Below are positions 37,619 through 49,710 of a DNA stretch of 64,000 nt, one piece after another. The stretch comes from Isurus oxyrinchus (lineage: Eukaryota), in NCBI GenBank assembly GCA_026770705.1, contig JANJGN010000052.1, positions 992,001-1,056,000 on the forward strand, in the 5' to 3' direction. The notes under the pieces were generated by a model. The model ran no database searches. It saw only the letters and a list, made by a program, of their open reading frames with translations, and was not told the DNA's origin. Numbering within the stretch: position 1 is the stretch's first letter; each line of letters opens with the position of its first letter. The position numbers and the translations under genes are program-made.

Positions 37619-38005
37619 CAGAAACGTGAAGCTGGGTTACAGGATAGTAGCTATAACTATTTCTGCTGTCAAATTCTATTCTGAAATAATAATATCCTGC
37701 ATCTTCCCGTCTGATGTTGTTTATAATCAGGGAACAGTCGCCATCTTTCAGTTCTCCAGACAGCCGGGTCCGATGGCGGAACCGTGGTAACTCGCGATTG
37801 TGATCCTTGGAGTGAAAAGCTATGGTCCCTCTAGACCTTGTATTCCATGTATTCCATGTGTACCATTTCACGTACCAGATTCCGACACGTGCTCTCCCTA
37901 CTACACGTGCTGGATAACTGTAGTTACATGGAATCTGTACACACGAACATTCCTGCGCTGTCACCTCTCGTGGAGTTTCACCTTTCCACTCTTGTGACAG
38001 TCCAA
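37619..38005 (-). CDS. Gene B V-set exon V1 (Arg intact, YYYFRIE)
   Basis: Canonical ag/gt, 387 nt, phase 1-1, open; Siglec Cys pattern plus an extra Cys (ECSC). Confidence 0.9.
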
Positions 38006-41000
38006 CTGGGGAGAGAAATATCAATATTTAACTCTGGATGGTTTGTAGATCCACTAGACTCGATATCCACCCCCTCCTTCACGGGGTCAGGGTGGCTGCA
38101 GTGTGGACCATCTACAGGACACACAGGGATCTCCCCAATGTTTCACAATGGATAGAAGAGAATCCTGGACACAAAAGCAGAAATATTCATGCTACATTGG
38201 CTCATGGTCCTCAGGACCCTGTTTGTGTACAAACCTGCTCTGCAACAGAACTGAAGTTGGGGACAATGCATTTGGAATTCCACTGTCCAGGACATTGGGT
38301 TAACTTGCTAAGTTTGTTTTAAATCTAACATCTATTTTTGGTCTGTTGCCTTAAAGGAAGTGTAACTGGGAGTCAGGTTAATTAGGAATTTTAGGAGTTA
38401 TTATAGCAGTCATTGTAGTCTTATGTATGTGCTTGAAATCTTTTATTTTGATGACAAATATTTTAATTTATTGTTTTAAATCTCTAAATGTCTTGATGGA
38501 GTTATTGCTTCTGAATTCAGTGCACAATCATAACAAATACAAATTGCAAAATCATTATGATAGTGTGACCAAGTTTCTCTCATGGACTTGGTCTGCCTGG
38601 CACACATCACCTGCCAAGTGATAACACTGTTGTAATATGCCTTTCAGGGACAGCAGCATGACATCACTCGAGGGGAAGTGTGTCATGTGATTTTTAGGAA
38701 CTGGAGTTGGCTTAAGTAAGTTCGATGTGTATTTGTGTGTGTTAGGCATAAGGTCTATCTTTAAGTTCAAGTTTAGTTTGTATTTCTGTATTTGGGTGTT
38801 TAGAAAAGGGGGAACTTGATGTAAAAAGAAGCCAGCATTCCATTGAGGTTTTATGTCTGTTGAAGGGAAGTCAAAACAAATACAAGGTGTAAGAAACTGT
38901 GCTGTTGCCTAGCAACAGTGATGCAGAGGGAAGGACCCACAGAGACAGAGAAAAACAGAAAAGTACTTTCAGTTCTGTTGAAAGGAGTTGCCAGGAGAAG
39001 CAGCAAAGGAGCGGGACAGATAGTCAGTCCCAAAGTAAAGATGGAGCCAAAACCATCGAGTGGAACAGGAGAAAGGGCCCAAGAAAACCTTCTAGTCAAA
39101 TCTGGAAAAGGCCCTGTTAAGTGAAGTTAAGAGTGAGGAGCAGAAGAAGGCTTCAAGCATAAAGGGAGAAAGCAGCAGGACACAGACCTAAAGCAAAATA
39201 GGCTTGCGAGAAGCCAGAAGATCCTAGGAGACACCACAGGTTGGTGACTCATTACTACGGCCATGTGAAGCCATGGTGTTCCATTGACACGGCTGAGCAT
39301 TGGAGAGACAGGGCGTGGACGGAAGGCTGAATGCACGTGGCGATCCAGGGGGCAGGAACATGGGAAGGAGAGTTTGAAATAGTGAAAGTGGACCCTTGTG
39401 GAAGGTGTCTGAGTGAAAGTGTCATGTTGGAGAAGATTCCAAAGTGTGTTCTTGGAGAGTGGGGATTGGAAACCCTCATATGGATATCTCAGTTCAGTGA
39501 GACTGGTTGGCTCACAGTGTAACAAGCGTCTGGGGACAGCTGAGGAGAGAACCATAGCATTTGTTTCAAGTGGGCTCTGTCACTTGGTTTAAGAGTGTGG
39601 TGTCCCTGACCACAGGTCGTCTATTGGTTTACATGGACTGTGTACTTAGTGTGAACATGATAGTATAAGATAGTTATTGTAACTTGTGTTATCTTTGTGA
39701 ATCTGTATATATCTGCAAAGATATAGGTCTGGGTGAAGGAGTAATGTAATATAGTTTGTCTTTCCTAGTTTAATAAATGTTTTATTCTTTTGTTAGAAGT
39801 TCATCAGATGATTCCTGTGACTCTGTTCAGTAGCCGCACTCCACATTCCAAAATAAAAAATAAAAGTTAGGACCTATCAAGCTGAGTTCCACCCTGGGAT
39901 CTGACTTGCCCAGTAGTAACATCAGCTGGGATGATAACAACATCCAGTCCAAGTCTCACTTTGGCCTGTGAGCAGAACACAGCTCACACAGTTTGGCTGC
40001 AGGTGTCTCCCAGCTTTCTATCCTTGTATATCTGTTCTCATGTCCCTATTCAAAATAAATGAAGCCACAATGTGTTTACCCAATTCCGAATCAGTGGCTG
40101 GTGCCTTTATATCATTATAAAAACACAGCATAGTGATCAGCGGTGGCCAAACATTCTGGCAGCAAGATTCAGTACAGGAATGATGTGGTGAACAACCTTA
40201 GATCGAGCTACATGACATGAGACGACCCTCGACGCTTTGGTCAGACCACAACAGAGACACAGCATCAGAGAGGGTTGAAATCGCAGTGTACTGACTGCTC
40301 AGGAATCCTTTGAAGACACAGTGACGGGAAAGAGCTCAAGTAAAGAGCTGGGGAGCAGACGGATCCCTCGTGGTGAGATTACAGCACACGGCCTGTAGGT
40401 CAGTGAGTGGGACAGTGTGTATCGCCAGGACCAGCAGCGGGTTAGCTCAGTCAGGGAAGGCGAGTGACCAGGGTGTGGGCTGGATCGATAGTGAGCGAGG
40501 GAGAGTCAAACACACAAAAACCATTATAAAAATCAGGCCAGAGAAGTTAGTGATTATAACGGGCGGCTTCGAGATTGCTGAACAGCAAATTGAATAAAAA
40601 ACAAAGACTCCATTACTCCGTGGTGTGTTCCTGCCACAACCCGTCTTCGTGGGCGGAGCTTCGGAAAAGCGCACGAAAGGGGCTAAAGCGACACTCATCC
40701 CAGGTCCTGTAGGAGAAGGAAGGTCAAAGGAATATTGTCAGAATGTCCACGAAATTCCCCAGTTTGAACTGGGATGTAGCTGACCGACTATCTGAATTCA
40801 GAATGTTTAAACAGCGTACAGAGCTCTGGTTTCCTGATTCAGGTGTGACTGAACCAGACGAGCCACCCATAAAAATTCACCTCGCGATTGGGAATGAAGG
40901 TCTACACAGGCTGAACACGTCAGGATTAACAGCAGAAGAGCGAAAGGATCTCCAATAGATATGGACGATATTGGAAGACAGGTTCAGAATCAAGTTAAAC

Positions 41001-43306
41001 TCCATATTCATCAACTAGAGTTTATGTCATTTCATCAGCCTACACGATCCATAGACCACTTCATCAGCCGATGTAGAGAAAAGGGTACGCGCTGTGATTT
41101 CAAACACAGAGCCTGCAGACACAGTTGTTGAGTTGGTGATCGCATCCACTCCCATGGAAGCCTTCCAGAAAGATCTGCTAGATAAGACCAAAACCTATAG
41201 CATTGAAGAGCTACTCAAGGATGGACATAAATACGAAGTGATCCTCGCAGGTCAATGAAGCTTTCAGGTCCTCAGTACAACATCAATTGTTGACACACTC
41301 ACTAGAACATCCAAACCTAGTGAGACGTGTGGAAGGTGTGGCCTTCTGCAGGCACCAAGGAAATGCTCAGCTTTCCACCAATCCTGCAAGGCTTGTGGCA
41401 GAAAGGGCCATTGACAGCGGCAGGGCACTAGAGCAAAGGCTGATGCAGCTACAAAGAGCCGTGTGCTGATCCAAACAGACCCTACACAATGGGGAACCTT
41501 CAAGCAATAAGAATGACCATCCGCTATCCCATCAGGAACATATACATGTGGTGATTGACAAACCAGGAAATGGCGATGATGTGCATGGCGAGACGAGGAG
41601 CAGTGATCAATATTCCACCTCTCACACATATCCTGACGTGGCTTGCCAATAAATTGTGAATTGTGGTCTTTATTGATCTTTCTGGGCACATCGAATAAAC
41701 TGAAAATGTCCCATAGGGGTGGGATTTTCTGGCCCCACCCACTGCCAGGATTGTCCGGTCCGGCCGAAAGCCAATGGATTTATGTCTGTCCCAGTCTCAG
41801 AAACTATCCCATCAGCTCAGTTCATGACATAACATTGAAATATGCAGAAAGATTCAACAATATTGGCAGTTTCAAGGGAGCTGCATCATTACACCTGCAG
41901 GAGAATGCAAGTCTGTCAGACTCCTTGCATTCAAATAAATACAATCCAACTTTGTCACACTATACTGTGCCTTAACTGGCCAATAATTTCTATGCCTTCC
42001 GGCTTCACTTTCTCTCTCTTCTAATTTTGGCTGTGCATCTCCCTCTGCTGAACCTACTCTCAGGATCCCATCCCCTGCCATGTTAGTTTAAAACCTCCCC
42101 AATTGCATCAAGGGTAAAATGCCAATTGAAACCAGGGACAACATCCAAGAATGACAATCCCACAGATCACTGTGAGCATTTAAAGACACCTCCAGACAAG
42201 GTTACCACCACAAGATCTGGGCGTAACAGCAGATCACGTCAATGCGTTAGAGACTCAAATATTAGCAGATCTAAACACTTATGTAATTGTCAAGAAATTT
42301 GAAAATGATACCTGAAACCTCTTGTTCCCTGTCCTTCTCAAAGATCCATCCCTGCAGCAGGAGCCTGAAGAGTTACTGATGTGGGGCTCAATTTATCAGA
42401 TTGTAGAATGATCCGGAAATGAAGGATGCCATTTGGCCCATGGAGTCTGTGCTGGGCCTTTGAAAGTTCTGTCCAATTAGTCCCACTCTAACCTCTGCTC
42501 TCTCCTCCACAGCCCTGCAAAATGTCTCCTTCAAGTATTTATCCAGTTCCCCTTCTGAAAGTTCCTGTTGAATCTGCTTCCACCGCCCTTTCAGGCAGTG
42601 ACTCAATGGTCTCTCTCTGAGCTGCAAAGTGCTAATATTCTGTGAATTTAAAATTCTGCAGCAGGTCAGAGACACTCATGATAACTCAGAATATTTGACA
42701 ACTTTACACACGGACAGCTTTGCCTTTCTTCTCTCTTTCAGTTATCTTGCTCCCTTATTGAAGTATCTAGCATGGTGAGAATGGACAGGAAGTGTGACAC
42801 TGAACAGCCTGTCTATTCTAGGAGCTGCTGTGTTGTCTTCATGGGAAATTCTGACTAAAATCAGCAATGGACACAAAATTACAGCGCATTGTTATCCGTG
42901 TCCTAGAATCGGGATAGACCTCAACCCTCAGTTTTTATCCCTGATTCTCTATTCAGCCGATCGCTCCCCTGTCACTGGCTGAACTACACTGACTCCCAGT
43001 CCAGCAATGACTCAAATTTCAAATTCTCATCATCGATTTCTTACCCCACCATCCCCCCTCTACACTCCCGATCCCTGTAACCTCCTCCAACCCTAAAACC
43101 CTCTGAGATCTCTGCTCTCCTCCAATTCTGCTGTCAGACAGGGAGTCAGTGTATATCAGTGAGCACAGGGTTGATGGGTGAATGGGACTTGGTGTGAATT
43201 TGTACACTGGCTCACTGCTGAATCAGTTCCCTATCACAGCTCAATAAGAATGATCTTTTACAAAGACTATTAACCATAAATCTGTCCGAGCTGACGATGA
43301 TATTAC

Positions 43307-43346
43307 CTTGGAGAAGTGACAGGAGGAAGTAAGATTTCCCGATCAT
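43307..43346 (-). CDS. Gene B leader exon MIGKSYFLLSLLQ
   Basis: Paralog of 13052-13091 with the same donor; upstream acceptor ctttctctttcag| near 43389 implies a 5' non-coding exon. Confidence 0.8.
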
Positions 43347-45252
43347 CGTCTACTCCCAGATATTTCCTCAGCATCTAACTCTGAAATTCTGAAAGAGAAA
43401 GGAGTTAATGAGACTTCACCTCTTGTCCTACAGCTCTCGAGAGATCAGAACTGCTTTTAGACAATGTCTTCACAGACTAATTTGATTCTCTGTGGGATGA
43501 TAGGTGCTCTGCAGAGAGTTACAAGGCTTTAAGAAAGAAAAGCAAGGAAGGACTTGCATTTCCATAGCACCTTTCACCTCCTCAGGGTGTCCCAATGCTC
43601 ATGTCTCTGCAATTCCTCATCCCTTTGGTGCCAAGACTGTGGTTGAATGGCCTCATCCTGTTACTGTGTAACAGATTCAAGGCGGCTAAATAGGCCTCTT
43701 CCTTTTCCTGTGTGACAGGCCTGAGGGGGCTGAATGGCCTCCTCCTGTTCCTGTGTAACAGGCTCGAGGGGCTGAATGGCCTCCTCCTGTTCCTGTGTAA
43801 CAGGCTCGAGGGATTGTATGGCCTCCTTCTGTTCCTGTGTAACAGGCTCGAGGGACTGAATGGCCTCCTTCTGTACTGTAAACTTGTTGCTGTAACTGCC
43901 TCTTTTGTTTCATTCAGCTGAATCTTCAGCTCTTTAGGCTATTCCTTTTATCTCTTGGGTCAGTACTGAGGGAGTGCTGCACTGTCGGAGGGTCAGTACT
44001 GAGGGAGTGCTGCACTGACAGAGGGTCAGTACTGAGGGAGTGCTGCACTGTCAGAGTGTCAGTACTGAGGGAGTGCTGCACTTTCAGAGGTTCAGTACTG
44101 TGGGAGTGCTGCACTGTCAGAGGGTCAGTACTGAGGGAGTGCTGCACTGTCGGACGGTCAGTACTAAGGGAGTGCTGCGCTGTCAGAGGGTCAGTACTGA
44201 GGGAGTGCTGCACTGTTGGAGGGTCAGTACTGAGTGAGTGCTGCACTGTCGGAGGGTCAGTATTGAGGGAGTGCTGCACTGTCAGAACTGCCGTAATTCA
44301 GATGATGTTTGAAATTAGCAACATGCCTCGTGTAACATTCTATATCATCAGCTCAATATAAATAGATTAGTCCTGTACGTTTCACTTTACTGCAAATTGT
44401 TCATGGTTTCATTTCCTTGTTAACCAGGCTCGTGTGATGACTATTTTTAAATAATGTTTGTTATTTGGAACAAGGGGCCATGCCTGAACAGATAACTGTC
44501 GGATCAAGCAGCTGGGTTTTTTCTTGAACCTGGCTTCATTCAGATGTTTGCTGCTGGACATGAGATCATTAATGTGTGAATGTAGAATCGGAGTCACCTC
44601 AGTGAACAGCAGCATTGGTTGAACAGCCTGATCTGCAATAAGAACTGCTGAACACAATGTCCGTTCAGAACAGCTCGGTCCCCGATCAGAGAAACAGCCT
44701 CAGACAGAACCAACTGACGCTGGAATCCATACAATTCATCAACGTGTTGGGAGTTAGTTTGATGTCGGAGTTGGAGTGTTACTGGGAAGGATGGAACCCG
44801 TCAGGATGAACAGCTCGATGTATGACAAGGAAAGGATGAGCTAAGAGGGGTTGGTCACGGACAGACGGAGCGTGTGAAGACTCAACAAGCTAATGGCAGG
44901 TGAAGAGCTGGAAAGGTGTCTTTTCAACACAAGGTTTAGACACAGAACTCGATGTTTGATCGGGTATTTCAAACCAGAGAAACTCTTTACAGGGTGAATG
45001 GACCTTGTCAATAATCCATCCAGCCAACCTCGCCTGGAGATTAGTCCAATATTAGACACTAAACCGAGTCCCCCGTCTGCCCTCTCGGGCGGGTGACAAG
45101 AGAGAGAAAGAGAAAGAGAGACAGAGAAAGAGAGTGAAAAAAGGGTTAAACCCACTGAGACACGACTGACACTAATGAGGCTGCACAATAATTTAACCCT
45201 ATCAGTGCCAGTAAATGATGTGAGGATGTCTTCTGTTTCCATTTCTCTGTAG

Positions 45253-45501
45253 GGTAAACAGAACGTGCTGATTACTGAGCCCCGGAACACAACCAGAGAC
45301 ACAACTAGTGAGGGGGAGACCCCAGCTCCCCGGGGTCTCTCTGAAGGTCCAGTGGGAGGCGATGTTGGACATGGGAACCCCGACAATACCGACGAGCTTC
45401 TCTACGCCAACATCAACTTTTCAAAGCTGCCCGGCGGTGACAGGACTGTGCACAGGAGCGAGGACACGGAATACGCACAGATCAGGTTCCAGAAAAACTG
45501 A
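45253..45501 (+). CDS. Orphan terminal cytoplasmic exon with ITIM (LLYANI) and ITSM-like (TEYAQI) motifs
   Basis: Acceptor tttctctgtag|, phase 0, open to TGA; motif pair and spacing as in CD33-related Siglec tails (xLxYAxL ... TEYxxI). Confidence 0.85.
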   Translation, partial: GKQNVLITEPRNTTRDTTSEGETPAPRGLSEGPVGGDVGHGNPDNTDELLYANINFSKLPGGDRTVHRSEDTEYAQIRFQKN

Positions 45502-45689
45502 GTGTGAAACAGGGAGCGGGGCTGTGGGGTGTGTGCAGCCAACATGGCCAAATAGTAATGAACACAAATATGAGTTGCTCAACTTTTTTTATTGGTTCTG
45601 AGTGAGCTTTCTGAATGCTGCACCTTTTTCCATGCTGTAAAAGATTGCGAGAAGCTTATGGGTTATGTATAATTTTACATCTGTTAATA

Positions 45690-47755
45690 CAAGGTGAGGT
45701 GAGAGTGACTGCCCTTAACATTAAGGCTGCATTTGACCGAGTGTGGCATCTAGGAGCCCGAGCATAACTGGAGTCAATGAGAATCAGGGGTGGTACGAAA
45801 GTATAATAATTTGCTTAATATTTTCCTGGTTTGTTGTAAACTAGGTTTATGGGTGTGAGTGTAGATGGGTCTGTCTGTGTGGTTTAATTACATCTGGAGA
45901 CAGGTAGACTGCAAGTTTGAGATTATCAAAAGAAGCTAGATGTAGAAATGTACTTGAAATGCTAATGAGAACACATGGAGGCTGTGTTAACATGTAAGGT
46001 GTGAAGGGGTTGTTTAGATTTCAAAGGGATGTTGGTCTGTTTAGGACAAGCCCAATAAGCAAAGCTAAGGAGTTTTTTTTTTAATTTTACCCAAACTTCA
46101 TTGACAATATTGGCAACATGAAAGTTTATATTATGGGAAAGGTACAGTTCCAAAGAATTTACACATCAAAGAGAGAGAAACATGTATAAAGGAGAATGAA
46201 AGGCTATGTTGGGGGCCATGTAAGATCTAACAGGAGTGTGTGAAACAGGCTTGAAGAAGCCTCCAGGCATTTGTGCATAAGTCTGTTATGTTCAGTAAAT
46301 AAAGTTGGAGAAATCCATTTAGAATTCCAGTGTCAGGTGTGTGCTGTGTTAACTCGCTGGTTTTGTTTTTAATCTAAAATCTTATTTTGGACTGTTGCCT
46401 TAAACGGGCTCTGTAACTGGGAGTCAGGTTAATTAGGAATTTGAGAATATATTTTAGTTGTAACTAACTGTGGTATTATGTCTGTGCTTGAAATCTTTTA
46501 TTTTGTTAATAAATATCTTAATCGAATTTTTTAAATCTCTGAAGGTTGTGGTCAACTCATTACTCCTGAATTCAGTGCACGCTTCTTGTAATAAATACAA
46601 ATTACAAAACTATTGTGATAGCATGACCAATTTTCCCTTGTGGATTTGGAGCACCAAGCACACATCATCTGCCATGTCATGTCACAGGGAAAACTCTCCA
46701 CTCGTTGGATTCATACCAAGTACAAAGGAAGGTGGTTGTGGTTGTTGGAGGTCAGTCATCTCAGTTCCAGGACATCACTGCAGGAGTTGCTCAGTGTAGT
46801 GTCCTAGGCCCAACCATCTTCAGCTGCTTCATCAATGACATTCATTCTATCAGATGGTCAGAATTATGGAAGGTCGCTGATGATTGCACAATGTTCAACA
46901 TCATTCATGACTCATCAGATACTGAAGCAGTCTATGTCCAAATGCAGCAAGACCTGGACAATATCCAGGCTTGGCCTGACAAGTGGCAAGTAACATTCAT
47001 GCCACACAAGTGCCAGGCAATGACCATCTCCAACCAGAGAGAATATATCCATCTCCCCTTAATGTCAAATAGCATCACCATTGCTGAATCCCCCACTATC
47101 AACACTCTGGGGGTTACCATTGACTAGAAACTGAACTGGACTATCCATATAAAAACTGTGACTATAAGAGCAGGCCAGAGCCTGGGAATCCTGAGGTGAG
47201 TAACTCGCCTCCTGACTCCCCAAAGCCTGTCCACCAACCTCAAGGCACAGGTCAGGAGTGTGATGGAATACTCTCCAGCAGCCTGGATGAGTACAGCTCC
47301 AACAACACTCAAGAAGCTCGACACCGTCCAGGACAAAGCAGCCCCGCTTGATTTGCACCCCATCCACAAACATTCTCTCCCTCCACAACTGATGCACAGT
47401 GGCAGCAGTGTGTGTACCATCTACAAGATGCAACGCAGGGATTCACCAAGCCTCCTTAGACAGCACCTTCCAAACACATGATCACTACCATCTAGAAGGA
47501 CAAGGGCAGCAGACACATGGGAACACCACCACCTGGAAGTTCCCCTCCAAGTCACTTACCATCCTGACTTGCAAATATATCACCGTTCCTTCACTGTCGC
47601 TGGGTCAGAATCCTGCAACACCCTCCCAAACAGTTCTGTGGGTGTACATACACAACAGGGACTGCAGCAGCTCAACAAGGCAGCTCACCCCCATATTCTC
47701 AAGGACAATTAGGGATGGGCAATAAATTCTGGCCTAGCCAGTGTCAGTGAATGAA
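45690..47755 (+). mobile_element. Non-LTR retrotransposon RT fragment interrupted by an LTR
   Basis: AAFDRVWH, GVAQCSVLGPTIFSCFIND, VADDC, QQDLDNIQAW motifs. Confidence 0.85.
45791..46686 (+). mobile_element. Solo LTR (family 1) inserted into a LINE
   Basis: TG..CA ends; splits gaatcagggg / gggaaaactctcc of the LINE; homologous to 4602-5526. Confidence 0.7.
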
Positions 47756-48199
47756 TACAAAAAAGAAGCAATTAAAATGCCCTGACATTTCTGTACATTT
47801 TTATCAAATTAAATACGTACTCTAGTGAATAATTCCATTCTCCAAGGCACCACTTCCTGTTGCCACATGTCCTTCTGATTATTTAAGTTCCTGTGTCATT
47901 GGTAATGGAACATTCCCATGTAAACATGTCACACTGTAATTACAGCCTCCTACCAGTGGTGGTGCTCTAGTGTCCTACCTTTGCTTCTCAGAGACTGGAG
48001 GAGCTGTATAATTTGTGTTTACAATATTAGTAACACTCAGGAGTGACCAGGGAGATTCTTTTGGCCAAGTTTACGATGTTGCTAAGATACAATGGCCCCG
48101 TAGGATTTTTCCTACTGCGTTTACAAGGTTGAATTGAAGAGATTTTTGAAGTGTCTGGCACAGTTTTATGAAGGTCCCCTCACACCCAATCTGGAGTCA

Positions 48200-48712
48200 C
48201 TGGGTTCAGTCCAGAACACCGCACCTCAGGGAGGATATATTGTCCTTAGAGGGGGTGCTGTGCAGAGTCACCAGAACGATCCCGGGGCTGAAAGGGTTAA
48301 ATCCCGAGGACAGGTTGCACAGACCAGGCTTGTGTTCCCTGAAGTCTCGAAGATTAAGGGGTGATCTAATCGAGGGGTTTAAGATGATTAAAGGCTTTGT
48401 TACGGGCAATAGAGAGAAACTATTTCCTCTGATGGGGTTGAGGTGAGGAGGGTTCAGAACAAGGGAGCAGAACATTAACATTGGAGCCAGGCCGTTCAGG
48501 GGGTGATGTCAGGAAGCACTTCTTCACACAAAGCGGGGGTGGAAATCTGGAACTCTCTCCCCCAGAAAAAGCTGTCGAGACTGGGCGGGGTCAATTGTAA
48601 ATTTCAAAACTGAGATTGGGAGATTGTTGTTGGGTCGGGGGTTAAGGGTTACAGAACCGAGGCGGGTGGATGGGGTTAAGATACAGATCGGACGTGATCC
48701 AATCAAATGTTA
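48200..48712 (+). mobile_element. CR1-like LINE 3' fragment
   Basis: RRLRGDLIEGFKMIKG..KHFFTQ. Confidence 0.8.
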
Positions 48713-49414
48713 GAACGGTGAGTCTCAGGGAGGCTGGACCAACCCCAGACGCAGCCGTCTCTGTGACCTGCTTCAACCCTGTTGGTCAGCAATGACAACA
48801 TGAGTTGATGTTAGCCTGATATGTAGTGCATGGAGGGATATTACTCTCCAGGGTGTGTGTGCATCACAGTGCTCATTCACATGTGTTCCATGTGCACCTA
48901 CATCAGCTGTGTAGACATACAAGCCTCAATGCTGCATCCGGGGAATGTGCCATGTCTCACACCTTAGCTGCAGCACGACCCTTCCCTTGGAGCTCTGTGT
49001 GCTCGAGACATATTTTGTTATTTTTTCCTGCCGTCTCTGTGTCCCCCGACCCGGGAGTGAAAATCCGGCCTTAACTTCCACTTTCTAGTGTCTGAGACAA
49101 GAGGCAATGAGTGAGTGGGCTGACGGTCAGGATTAATGCTGTTAATCTGTGTTTGAGGGGCTGTGAATTCTCGGGGGACTAGTTACTCTCTGAGCAGCAG
49201 CTTCCAAATTCTTATTTGATGCCGTGCATGTGGGGTTGGAAGATTATTTTTAAAACCACAGGCAGTTCACAGAAACCCACAGGAAACCCACAGAGAGACA
49301 GTCACTGAGAAAGTCACTCACTCCTTGTGGTTTCACCTTTTAACCACATCCTGTCTGTGTGGCTTAAATGTTAAACACAGTGGCCAGACTCAGGGAGGTA
49401 TCACTCTGTGAAAT

Positions 49415-49710
49415 GCTCTCTCTCTCTCACAAACACACACACAAACACACACACACGTACAGACGCACACAGACACACACATACACACATACATACACAC
49501 ATACACAGAGACACACAGGCACGCACACACACACACTCTCACTCACACACACACACACACACACTCTCACTCACACACATACAGACACGCACACACACAT
49601 ACACAAACACACATACACACGATCACACACTTACAGACAGACACACATACACACATAGACACATACTTACACACACACACTCACTCACACACAGGCAAAC
49701 ACACACACAA
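49415..49710. repeat. (CA)n-rich microsatellite; others at 29265-29310, 50580-50775 and 53230-53733
   Basis: Direct inspection. Confidence 0.95.

Larger units (their letters stand above)
33800..43620. repeat. Direct segmental duplication, copy 2
   Basis: As above; lacks the equivalents of ~4420-5110 and a ~2.9-kb Gypsy block. Confidence 0.92.
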
